NCBI GenBank assembly: GCA_000708835.1 | Contig: DF237156.1 | Location: 1-41,420 of the forward strand | Length of the DNA: 41,420 nucleotides | From: Klebsormidium nitens | Taxonomy: Eukaryota; Plantae; Klebsormidiophyceae | Direction: 5' to 3' | Shown: positions 1 through 11,700 of the stretch, piece by piece | How the letters are laid out: every line of letters begins with the position of its first letter | Position numbering within the stretch: the stretch's first letter is position 1 | Program-made: the position numbers and the translations under genes | The notes under the pieces: generated by a model | The model's database searches: none | Told to the model about the DNA's origin: nothing | What the model saw: only the letters and a program-made list of their open reading frames with translations

Positions 1-59
1 CCCATCGGACGGCCGAGAGAGTTGGGTGGGATTTGAGACTCGCGCCGCCCCAATGTTAC

Positions 60-420
60 CGCGTGACCGCGCTTCTACAGCCAAGGCGCGCGGCCGTGGC
101 GCATGTGCTCCGACCGAGTCCCTGGCCGGACACGAATCAAACGGCCGCGCGTGGCACCAAAAACATGTGTGGCCGCGGATCAGCCGACGCGCGGTCAAGA
201 GCCGCCTTTGTTTTAGGTCGAGGCCAGGCTGAGGCGTGGATTGTCGCCGATCGGAGACTGCTGGTCTGTCGCGCGCGTCCAGGCGGCCGCACTCGCGCGT
301 CCAGCTTACGCGGCGCGCCGTTTGCGCGCGAGCAGATCCACCTTGCCACGCGAGCGCGTGCCCTGACCGTCGACCTCAAGCTGCCGCGCGACGTCCGAAT
401 GGCGGCGACCCAGAATCTCA
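60..420. promoter_or_regulatory. CGCG/GGCC-rich island (candidate unmethylated regulatory island)
   Basis: Dense CGCG and GCGGCC motifs, with GCGGCCGC at 283. No credible protein in the long ORFs that span it. Confidence 0.35.
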
Positions 421-537
421 CGGCTCGCCCGAGCATCTTGCCGGGATCAAACGTGCAGCCGTCGTTCGGCGCTTGCAACTTGAATCCAGAAGGTCTCACT
501 GAACTCGCCATATTGTCTACAAGTCAGCAACACTCCT

Positions 538-2115
538 CTATCGTTGCCCATTGCCTTCTGAAATAGAGATTTTATTTGCCCCCAGAAAGTCCATTTGACT
601 TCGCTTCGAAGATCGAATAGAGAAGCTGCTCGACGGATCAAGACAAATATCTATATAAAGGTTTTCGATTACCAAAACTGCCGTCTCCGTTTCCGTAGAC
701 TGCCGCGCCCTACAGCGGACTTGTCTCGGGAGCAGAGTGTAAACCTCCGGCAAATTTATTGCTGGAACGGCCTATACGTTGCTTGTCCGGGTTCGATCAG
801 ATTCTTGACCAGGCTGGCAGGCTTGAGAGAATGAGTGGTTACCTCCCGGTGAAAGTCGAAGTGAGACTAGCTGTGAGCCCAGAATCTTCGAAAATTCTTG
901 GATACAAAAGGAGAGGGCGCCAGTAAGGTAAGCGCGACTTGATTGGTAGATGTAAGGCGCTCTCAAGCCCAAGGGTCTGGTTGAAGTTCGTAAGCCCCGC
1001 GGAATGTTAAAATCATCTGTGAATCATTCGAGTCGAGGCATCAGCAGTTTCCATTGTCGATTGACTTTGCAAGTCAGATCGACGACTTCTTCGTTGCCCA
1101 ACTTATAGCGCTTGCTGACGCACCGATTAACATCGAAGTGTTACCCGAACCGATCGAAGTGGGCAATACATTCAGAAATCCCGTGCGACGTACTTCTAAC
1201 AGCGCCCTGCAAAATGATTGTAGGCGCCCGCTGTATGATGCTCAGAAAACGGTTTTTGAGCGAATTATCAGACAGCGCACACCCAATCTCATTAGGGACC
1301 CTCTTCACGTGGAGGCACCTTGGTAGTGACAGCCCGAACGGGCGGATATATAGAGAGCAGCATAAATTTCCTTCTGGAATCACGTTTTGGACTTCCGTGC
1401 CTGATGGAACGAACCTCGCCGAGCTCCTTTCATCCACTCCGATCGGCCATTCATCACGCAATTCTTTGTTAAAAATCAATGCGATCGACCCGGCTGCTCA
1501 TTCTAAGTAAGACGTCTCCTCAAATTTGGGCTCTGGTCTATAGTAAGAGGCGCCAAGCAGCTAGGTACTTCACGTTGTCGCGTATATCCGTCATCGCCAT
1601 AACAATTGCGGCGCGCCGCAGGGTCGCAGAGCCGTTGAGATGAGCCACGTGGCAGCACGATGCTCCGATCTGAGCGCGGTCGCGTCGCCGACGGCCGGCC
1701 GCAGGCCGGGCATCACAGGAGACAGCTTTGTAAACGACTGAAAACACAGTTGTGCTTAAACCCGGGCACATTGAAAGGAATTTAGACGCGAAAGCAAAGT
1801 CTTGCAAAAGTGCACTGTAGGTTGGAATCGAAACGATTTGCATCTTCTGTTGCATCTTCTGTTGAATTCTACGAAAGTCGGAACAATCTGGTCGTCTTTA
1901 CCATGTACAACCCTTGCATGGCCATAGTGGTTGCTGAAAAGGAGACGCGCGCTCTTAACAACCCGTGGTAGCCAGCGAAGAGACAAAAAATAACAAGAAG
2001 TAGATATTCGAAGGTTCATGTAAGCTTGTGTCAACGGCTCCTTCAACTGCATGCGCGCGGCCACCATAAAGCTGGGGAGAAGAAGTTTCACAACCCTTTC
2101 ACAACTGGATCGACC
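538..2115 (-). pseudogene. Decayed intronless ORF of unknown family (about 500 codons)
   Basis: One minus frame has only 3 stops in the 319 codons 541-1497 and 8 stops over 541-2115; about 15 and 25 are expected at 3/64. Track ORFs 538-753, 772-972, 1141-1479 and 1756-2091 share this frame, as do 2683-2943 and 3433-3840. The text reads protein-like (FNKELRDEWPIGVDE, LGNEEVVDLTCKVNRQWKLL). No family recognised. Confidence 0.5.
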
Positions 2116-5100
2116 TTATTCTCGCACCATTATATTTTAACCAGCCTCATTCATACATTTAGAATTACCAGAGTCTGACGACTATCTGAAGACTACATAC
2201 GCACTTGCGGCCTCATGTCATTGAGTAATCACCTTACGTTTGCCATTGGGCTCCTTGAACCCAAGGCAGAATCTTTCATTGCCGGAATCCGGACTTGCGG
2301 ACATTGAAAAAGGAGGTGTAGCTTCACGTTCCTCTCACCAGATTGCTTGCGGACAAGGAAAGGGGAGACGGGGGACTTGGTAAGCTTTAAGTACGAATGT
2401 AGCAACAATTTGCGTTTTCTCCGTGTGTTCTGTACGTATATATGATGGGGCAATCGGTTTGTTCAGTGGTCCTGGAAGATAGCTTTCATAGCCGAGGGTC
2501 TACGAGTTCCTTCTTCAATGCCAGAACAAACTGTGAGCATCTGAGGTTTTGAACCGTGATTGCACGCATATCTGCCAATGTTATGGCAACGAGACTTTTG
2601 GTTGCAGATTGGATTTGAAGACCAGCCCATGTCTCCGTCGAGCATGCCTTGGGACTCAATTCTAGCGTATCTTTGTTGCGTGTTAAGAGAGTCTTTTCAA
2701 TCTCGACTTAAAAAATAGTGAGAATGTTTGGACGTCTCTGCCCATCAATCTTGCGGGACGATAGGTTCGATTGTGCGACACCTCGAAGGTCTTCTCACTT
2801 GCGACGGATCCGTTATGTTTGATGACACTTGCACTAGGAAGTAAACGGTGAAAGGAAGCAACAAAGAAGACACGGTTTTTGAAGCACTTCATGAGATGGT
2901 TGATGTGAGCAGATTTGTGTCTTAGCTCAAGAAAATAGCTCACGAAGGGAAACTTCCCATCATTGTTCTGGAAGAATTAACACACCAGAAAGAGGGGGAC
3001 ACCCTCCTCTTGCGCAGGAAACGCGGCGATCCAAGTGGTCTTTCATTTGGGTACCCAATACGTGCAGCATGGGCCCAACCTCGACTCCGTCCTTGCCTTC
3101 CTCTTGGCGTGCTCATTCTTGGAGAGCGGTATCACATTAAATATAATGTCATAATAGATACAATATTTGTGCAGGCAAGTACGTATTGATCCTTTCGATC
3201 TCCCCTCTTACTACTACTTGCTTTCAGGACATGGGCCCCAACTGATCTCCATAGAATAGAAGGAAAATACATGACATATTCTCAAGTTTGCGGGGAAGAT
3301 TGATCAAGGGTATGAACGCTTTGAGGTTAAGAAAGGCGTCAGGCATCTGATCGACGTTGCTATGCAGCCTTGTATATTAAGGGGCGCCCGAAGTCGTGCC
3401 CATCAGATTTTTTGTCGGCCTGTGCGGCAGAGCTAGCGGTTGCCAAGAAGAGCCCACGATTGAATTGTAAGTTGCTGGTACCGTGACGTCCGTTGCAGCC
3501 AAATTTCTTTGACTCGAAAGTCAAAATCAATCTTCATTGCCACAAGAAGGATCCGCAACATGAGCCGTTCCGTGACAAGGCGGAGAAGCCGGTCGCGCGC
3601 TCGATCGAAGAGTTTCGAACTCTCGTTACTAGAGAGGGCATCTAGGAGTTGCATCGCCCCTACAGAACGACCGAAGCTCAAGCTTCTTGGCAGTAAGAAT
3701 TTGCTGTAGAGACAAAGAATCACGTGGGTCGAAGGCGAGCGAGCCATGGGGTGACATAGCCTACACACGGTCACGCGCCACGCCAACAAGCCGCCGCCGA
3801 GGAGGCCAGTCCATTCGACCGTCGGCAGGTGCTCAAGCACGGAGAAGCTCAGATGGTTTAGTCACCGGGCCGTTTCATGAAATTGTGCTAAAGGAATGGC
3901 TCATGCGGGTTGCTTGGATCATACATTAATGACCACGTGCTTTGATTCTGATAAAGTTAACGACTAGACGTGCACGCCCCGGCAAAAACCAGAGAGCGCG
4001 AGAGGCTGGCCGAGTCGTGCGCAGGAAAGGCACCCGCGCCGCGGCGCGGCCGCGTGAAAGTTCGCGGCTGTCGACTATCGCCAGAGCCCGTTCAGGCCAC
4101 CTTTTTCGCCACACGACTGTGTCCCACCCTGCGACGGTGATTAATCTTAAAAGCACTCGTAGTCTCAAGTCTCAAGATCGTCGAACTTTCTCCTTTCGGA
4201 AACCCACGGTCGCGAACTTTCATCTCCACAGAGGCCGTATCAAGTGAAGGAAGCCGTCATGAGGGGGCTCTAAGAGGTTTCTTCTGCTCTGAAAGTGATG
4301 TTACTGTCATGATCGTGACGTCAGATTGCTATCCCACATTCAACTTGGTCCGTTGCCAGGCGACCTTCCATCTTCATCGCCACGGACGAATTCAGCGATC
4401 TCGCGAGAATTTACAACAAGAAGACATGCTCAACGGGACGCGAGAATCAAACGCATGCTTATCCTGATTACCCACCGCACCCCGGATCGAAAGGACCCTG
4501 AGCGGTACCGGTTGCCTGAAAAGTCGCATTCAAGGTCGCCCTAAAAATCGACAATTCTCGAGCTTTTCACCGAGGCAACAGGCAAAGCCTGATCGACCAG
4601 GAAACAGAAACGTGGATCATCGTGTGGCGAAATATCCTTGAGTCTTGAGCCATGAAGGGCATTGTCCGGATCCCCAAGTTGATGGCGTTTGGATTGCCGG
4701 CGGCCGTCAAGTCGATTAGCTGCCTGCCTACGTGTGCGGCCGGGACGCGACCGCACGCTACACCGACGATCAGTTTCGGGGCTCTTGAGCCGGGAGGAGA
4801 TTCGGCACCGTGCACCTGATACTGGTTTCAGAGATCCATCAAATTATGCGTTGCTACGTACCACCTACATTCTCATCTTCGGGAAGACTTACATCTAGGA
4901 TAGCAACCCGAAGACAAAAGAACGTATCCTACACGAACGATAAAAGCGGAAGCACTTGCACGAAGAAGAGATTATATTATCTTGCTCATTCGCATCGCTT
5001 TTGGTGTGAGCGGCTGCCGGACTGATAATTCTTTATCGTAAATACAGTCCGCAGATTAACAAGATGGATCGAAGAAAGTGATTGGAAGGATTTTTTTTCG

Positions 5101-8100
5101 AAAGCAGGTTGAAAACGCAAGGTCCGCAGTCCATGTCGTTGCTGGACTGAATTGGACAACGCCTCGAGTGGCATCACCGGGAAGGAACGAAGAGCTCCAG
5201 CTGACTAGATAGTCAGCCAGCTTGCTGCATCATCACCATCACATGGCGCTTCCCAAGTGGAGAGCCTCTAATCACTCGATATTTGTAGAAAGTAAAACCA
5301 GGAGGTACCATTGGTATAATTTTACAGTGCATGCTAGCTCACCTACACGCTAGCCTTCGAATAGAATGTTAGTGTTCGACATTAATTCTCTACATGGCCA
5401 TGTCAGAAAACCTGCTCGCCTGCCTTGCGAACACCTTCGAAAGAGCAGAATCACAGAAGGGACGTGTCGTGGCGTCAGATTCCGACTATCCCGTTTGTCT
5501 CTGACCTGGAAGCCAAGCTTTCCGCAACAATCATTACCACAGCCGCATGTACAATTAGACTCATGTAGCTAGCTAGATAATGAACTGGTTCGATGCCGCT
5601 TACAGGATGATGGAAGTTCCGAATCTGGGCCACCGTTTTAAAAGACGACGAACAAGAGAGTTGAACTAATATGACATCTGACAATCCGTTCCGGATGTAA
5701 AAGTGACGTGAGACACTGACGTCCGACCGCCCGTCTTGTCAACTACGTGCGCGGCCGTGGCCACACGCGACTGGCTATTGATTGCCACGGCATGCACTTA
5801 TAAAAGAATAAGAGCGACAGGACAAGCGAAGGGAGGTCAATCAATTGAAGATATCAAGGCAAAAGAACGGAGAAAAGCGACGGTCCCTGGCGGTAGTTGA
5901 GTACGATGACTTACCCCGGCTCGCAAGCTGAGGGTTTTCAGGGACATTACAAGGCGAGATAGACCCTTTAATTACTTGATGATCTGCACACTCATGGGAA
6001 GACAATTCGTGCTTGGAGAGACGTGGTTTTAAAACAAGCGATAAAGGAGCTTCAATCTTTCCCGATTGTAGAAGCGTCAGGGCCGCTCATCGCTATTACA
6101 TCAGCCAGGACTTGGTTGGCAGTCTAGCTAAGGGCTCTCTAGAACAGCTGTCCTTGCTCTGCGACAAGGTGGAGATCGAAAGGTGAGGCAGATGCTTTGT
6201 GTCCCCAGTGAGACATGCAGCATTGCAGATCTGACCTCGAAGAAGTGACTTCAGAAAGTCACGATTCCATGCGAGCGGCCCCCTTCTTTTTCGACCCGCG
6301 CGCGCGGCCGCGGCCGTACGAGAATGGCCCCAACAAGGACGGGTCGAAGACAAGTAAAAGCAAAAGCAAAACGCAACGGGAAGCGAAGGGAAGCGAAGGG
6401 AAACAAATCGAAGGGCCCCAGCAGTTGGTCGTGACTCAAGAAGCGTTGCGGACCAACTTTTTTGAGATATATCGCGTTTACAGAGTCTCCTTAGCGGCTG
6501 TTGCATGAGAGTACAGTAAAGCCAACTCCGACAGCTTGGCCGCGCCGGACAAACATTCATTGATTCGTAAGCACGAAACCTGACTCTCAAAGATTTGTAT
6601 GCACACAGCGAAATCATATTTCTTTCAAAACTTTGATAAGTTCTTCACGAGCAATCATTTAGTATTTTGCGCACGACTTAGCAGCCAGAAAAAAGAAGAG
6701 GGCGCGGAAGTGGAGCATCTGCGCGCGGCCGCCTGGCGTCTTGTGAGGTCAAATCTTTGCATGAAAACATGTATGAAATGTGCGGCGTGTGCAGGACGGA
6801 CGCGAGCGCCTCAATCCCCGGCCCACTTGACGCACCACTTTCGATCTTTGACCATTTATCTTTCATTGCTTATCCGCACGTCAGGTTTACAGGTTTCTAA
6901 AGCGACTGACCGGCGTGCAGGCTGTGCCACATCGATCACGACCATGCAAGAAAACCTTTGGTAATCCGTGGGAGCAAGAGCATGCTCGGAAGAGCCGATT
7001 GCGCACCAAAATAATCGCGCACAGCGCAACGTGGCCGCGTTCATTTGCATTAGCAACCCTCAGCTTCACATATAGCTTCGACTTTACACCCGCCCCTTAA
7101 AAATAGCGAATCTATCAAATAAACCGTCGAAACCCATCGTGCTGAGATGATCGTCTTGTCGACAGGGAGAGAATGTTGCAGTACATTTGTGAAGCTCAAC
7201 CAGCGCATTTGCAGCGAGTCTCAGTTTGAAGGCGGCTGCCGCCGCCCATGTTTAATGGTTGTTGTTTCGTCGATCGAAAGCTTCACGATTGTTACGAATG
7301 TGACGGTCTGGTCTGGTCAATTAGATGGCAGGATACAATATCCTCGAAATGCAAGAAGACGAAGTTCGTGCAGGTGCATGACAGAGGGGTGACCACTTGA
7401 GGACACCTCGTTATTCCAAAAGCGGCCAATTATCTCTCGATAAAGGTCCGTCTGACAATCTGGATCGAATAGACCAGGCCCGGCGTTTGGCTCTTAGGAC
7501 GTTGATGCGGTGGTAAGGGCTCATTCATATATTAATGTACCTTGGCGGAGCCAGGTTTTTTTTTGATAGGTAGCCGCCGCCGGCGTGGAACCCGCAACAT
7601 CCTCACATCCTAGCATGGTCCTGTTTATGTAACCAAGGGTCTGACCCAGAACTAAGATGAGAACCTAATTAGGAAGCAGGGAGCAAAAAGGTAATTGAAG
7701 GCTTTTGGTTTGACACGTATGGCTGCAGGCTGTCACGGTGTCACCGGCCTACCATACTGACAAGCTACGGTAGCCTTGCAGCTAGGTAGTAGTAATCGCA
7801 AGTGTTCGGCGGATTAATGATTACCACCTGATTTATACCACGTGCATGAACATATCAGTTCTCAGCCGTCGATCATTTGAGTCTTGCAATATTCGACGGC
7901 GGATCGAACTGCTTCACGTGGCAGCCCATCGAATACCGGTATGTAGGTGACTCGTGAGTGCATCGTACGGGTGTACGGCTGTCCATGCGGGGCACACAAG
8001 TCTGCATAATGCAGCATACCGTAACTGATACCTACTGTAAGCTGTAGCTTCTCCAACATGGCTTTGTTTAAAGCAAAGCACAGAAAGGTGCATGTTGTGT

Positions 8101-8700
8101 CTACTTCAAGCTGCCACGCACCTGTGGCCCTTCGTAATTCGCGTGAGGTGCTGCACGCTGCCAAGGGTGCCCCTTGACCCTGCTGGACTTTCAGAGGGCT
8201 AGAAAGGAAGCGAGTCCTGGCTTACCGCGCAAACGGCATTCACTACCAAGATTTTGGCTGAAAGTGCTCTTCTGAGATATCTTAGCAAAGCTGGGCCAAA
8301 GTTGGGTGTAAGGATCTGATGCTATATGTAGGTGGAAAGTGAGCGGCGAGGAGTCGTTCAGGTGTTCAGGTCCTTGCTTGAGACTCAACAGCTGCTTGCT
8401 TGTTTGGCAGCTCGACTAGCTCATGCTGACACAATTCGTGGTCAAGAACAAAAGTAGAGAGTTGCTGCAGCATAGCTTCTGTAGTAGCTTGCAGTACCAG
8501 CTTAGACACCAGCTCAAACCTGAGCAAAGCAAGGATGTGTAGGCATGGTAACAAGCAAAGACTAAGCATAATGCATCCAGAAAGAGCTAAACCAACAGCT
8601 TCTCTGATTTCCCCCTACATCAGCCCTGCAGGCATTGTTTTGCTTCTAAGTTTCTTAGGAAGAGGTATCGCAGACTAGGTAGAGACCGCACCTCGACCAG

Positions 8701-11700
8701 GTGCTCCTCTTCCTCCGCCGATCTCTGCTGGAGAATGCCCCTTGGTGTTCCTCCAATCAGACATTCAGCACGCCAAGCAATCTGCTTGCTCTTCCAGTGA
8801 GTCATTATGATTTCCAGAGTTCTCCTCTTAACAACAATTGTGCAAATGATGTGGTCACCAATTGCATCAGAAGTTGGTGTGTGCAGTCTGAGCTTGAGCT
8901 TAAGTTTTATGATAGGCTTTCGAGCTGGTCCTAGAAAAGAGGCTGCTTACTTTAAAGAAGCCCGGCAACGTTCATTCCTCAACCTAGATATCATTCAATA
9001 CTGGAGAGTCCTTCTTTACTACAAACTGGGTCCATCAAAACAGTGGGAAGCTCCCTTCCCTTATGAAGTTGGCTGGTGACCAGGCAATTCCTCAGTGGCC
9101 TGATATTGAACATTTGAAACGCACAGGTTTTACCTGCTTCTGTCCAACGGGACTGCTGCTTAGTAACGACACTAAACAACAATAAGCTGGAGGCACCCTA
9201 CACTCAGCGGCTTCCTTGATGCTTCAGGCACGGCGGCCACCATTGGGACTGGAGACCTTCCCACAAATTGCTGCAACCAGATTCGGGCAGCGTTCTTCCA
9301 AGCAAGAACACGCTATGCAAATGACACTGGCCGCCTGCTTCTTCCACAAGCATCAGCAGATGCATGCATCCAGGTCGGCCAGCGCGATCGTCCTGCTCAT
9401 CGCCTCATTCCTTATCAATATAGATTGGAACATGATCATATTCAGTTGGAGAGCATTCCAGATGCTGTTCTCTTGTTGATGTTTTATAGTCAGGCTATCC
9501 AGCATTCAGGTCCGTTTCAAAGCTTAGGGCTGGGATATCTGTCCCAGTTAGGGCCCAGCTGACCAACTGCTATGCTTGTTGGTGCCGACTGCTTATTGGC
9601 AGTTCCTGTAGAATGTGGACGAGTGTCATCATTTCATGCATTTAGCAGTCGGAGGATATTGTTCTTTTCTGGATAGCATACGGAATACCTTCTAAAGTTG
9701 GATTATTGGTCTTTTGGATCAGAGATGCTTTCTTGAAGGGTCTAACAAACTAGAAGTCTGGTAGATTCTTCTAGCAGGAATTTGTGTGTATGCTCAGAAG
9801 CTAATTCTCTAATCTCAACTCGCAGAACTTCACTGCTTCTTTCTTCGCGGCTGGGATTCTTGTCCCCAGCGACTGCAATGTTACCAGTGGAGCACTCTCC
9901 GAGGAATCAGGCATGGCTTGTGGAAGCAACCTCACTACTGTCTACAAATTTTGGTCTGCAACAAACCGCACTTTTCCAGGTGCGTCCACTGGGTGAAGGT
10001 TCCCTTAACCATTTCTTAATCGTGTTCTTCCTTATCAATTAGAGTGGCAGCAAGTCAGAAAACTTGATCATTTCGCATAACGCTTTTCTACCGGTGCAAG
10101 TAGCATGGATATATGGGGCATCAAGGGCGCATATGTAGCCAAGGAGCTCTGGTCGAGATATACTGCCTTACGTGTGTCTTTCAATTGTGATGTCAAGGGG
10201 AGTGAATGCTCATGAGCCAGTAACCTCAATCAGATGCAACAGAGCATATTGAACTGACCTCTGGTCTTGGGCAAGAGGCGAATCTGATGTGTATCTGACA
10301 GTAGGATCCGGGTCAGAAAATGCAGTTTGAGGTCTGAAGCTCTGCACAAGCAGTATTGTATAGCTGGTCATGCATGAGCTACGGTTGCCTCACTCCATTG
10401 GATGTTGTACCAGGTACGGTTGGGGCCAGCTGCTATGCGGTTCAAGGAACCAATTGCGGCCTCTGCACCACCCTGATCACAAATAAGATCATGTCCCTTG
10501 GAAGCAGCACCGCCGCTTTACTCAGCACACCTGCTTGCCAGGGTGAGGTCGCTTACTGACAGCGAGGCCCACAGGGAACCACGTTAGCTAAGACAATTGA
10601 TTGACGGAAAAGGTCCTAATCATAAAGTTGCAGACTCGAATATTGAAACGCTAGAGGACAATAAATGACTAAACTGCTGAACCGACTGAAGTGAACTCAC
10701 ATCGTTTCAAGCCTGTTTCATTCCCCTCAACCACCTTCCAGGGCTTTTGAACAAGGAACTTCTGAGCTCGCACGTGACATATAACGCAGCAACGTATACG
10801 TGCCTTCTCATCGCCTTGCAGACCTCGCCCAGATTGCAATGACCGCAGCGGCCTACCCGGTCGCTATTGCCAACGGAATATCCCAGTGTCTGCATGCGGT
10901 CGATATTGCTCCCATCATACCAGCGGCTAAGTGCACGGCTATTGACTGGGAGGTCCAGAACTTCACCGCGGTCGCTCTTAGCTGTGGCCCAGCTCAGATC
11001 CGCCCGGATCGTTGCTGCGACCTTATTGTCGGATCATTCGGCCAACAACATGGGTTTTATTTCCGCAACACGGGGCGTACCCTGGAGCAGGTACGTGCAA
11101 GCTGTCCTTTTGCTGTGACTGATTTGTTGCCTATTGGTCGGGAGAAAAATATCCGACAATGAAGCTTTTGAGTAAGCACAGAAGCTTTGGCTGCTCACCA
11201 AGCTAGGAACGAAACTCTTGGCAAATAACCTGGCAGCTTCTAACCAGCCGATAAGCTGCCATGGTGGCGTGCCAAAGCTCCCTGTTGCGTCACGGGTCGT
11301 GTCGGATTGAGGAATTCGAAGCTGAATCGATACAATCAACTTTCAAGTTTCTAGATTCCGTGCAAAGAGTTTGCAAGTTTCACGCTGTGCTTCTTTGCCC
11401 GGGATGCTATGCATAAAACAGTTGCTGGCAAGGTTGACTTTGACATCAATTGGCAGATTGCTTCGTATTAAGTCGTTGGCGGCCTGACCTGGCAATCGGT
11501 AGGAATAGATTAGCCCAGTTGAGCACATATGAGCGGACCCGCCTAACAACTTGTGCATCCGATGTCTTCCTCTCATGCCCCATTTTTGATCTCGGTCGTT
11601 GCAGGACCAAGTTCAGGTCTGCTGGTCGGAATTCCAGAAGGCGCTCGTGGCGAACGGCGTTCCGCTTACTTCTTTGGATACATGCAGCCACATAACGGCT

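Noticed and set aside
26-566. Long ORFs on both strands (177 aa, 124 aa and others)
   Set aside because: Arg/Ala/Pro-rich products of a CG island where stops are rare; no motifs. The same applies to ORFs over the islands at about 4000, 16200-16800, 21300, 24400, 27050 and 30400.
1880-1925. HGKDDQIVP, resembling an alpha/beta-hydrolase motif
   Set aside because: No GxSxG or other hydrolase context in the frame; a single short motif is not enough.
10354-10413. 5' part of ORF 10356-10559 ([19 protein letters not shown]) as coding
   Set aside because: It would add 2 extra Cys and 20 aa that break the 12-Cys spacing. The acceptor at 10413 has a better pyrimidine tract and aligns domain 1 with domain 2.
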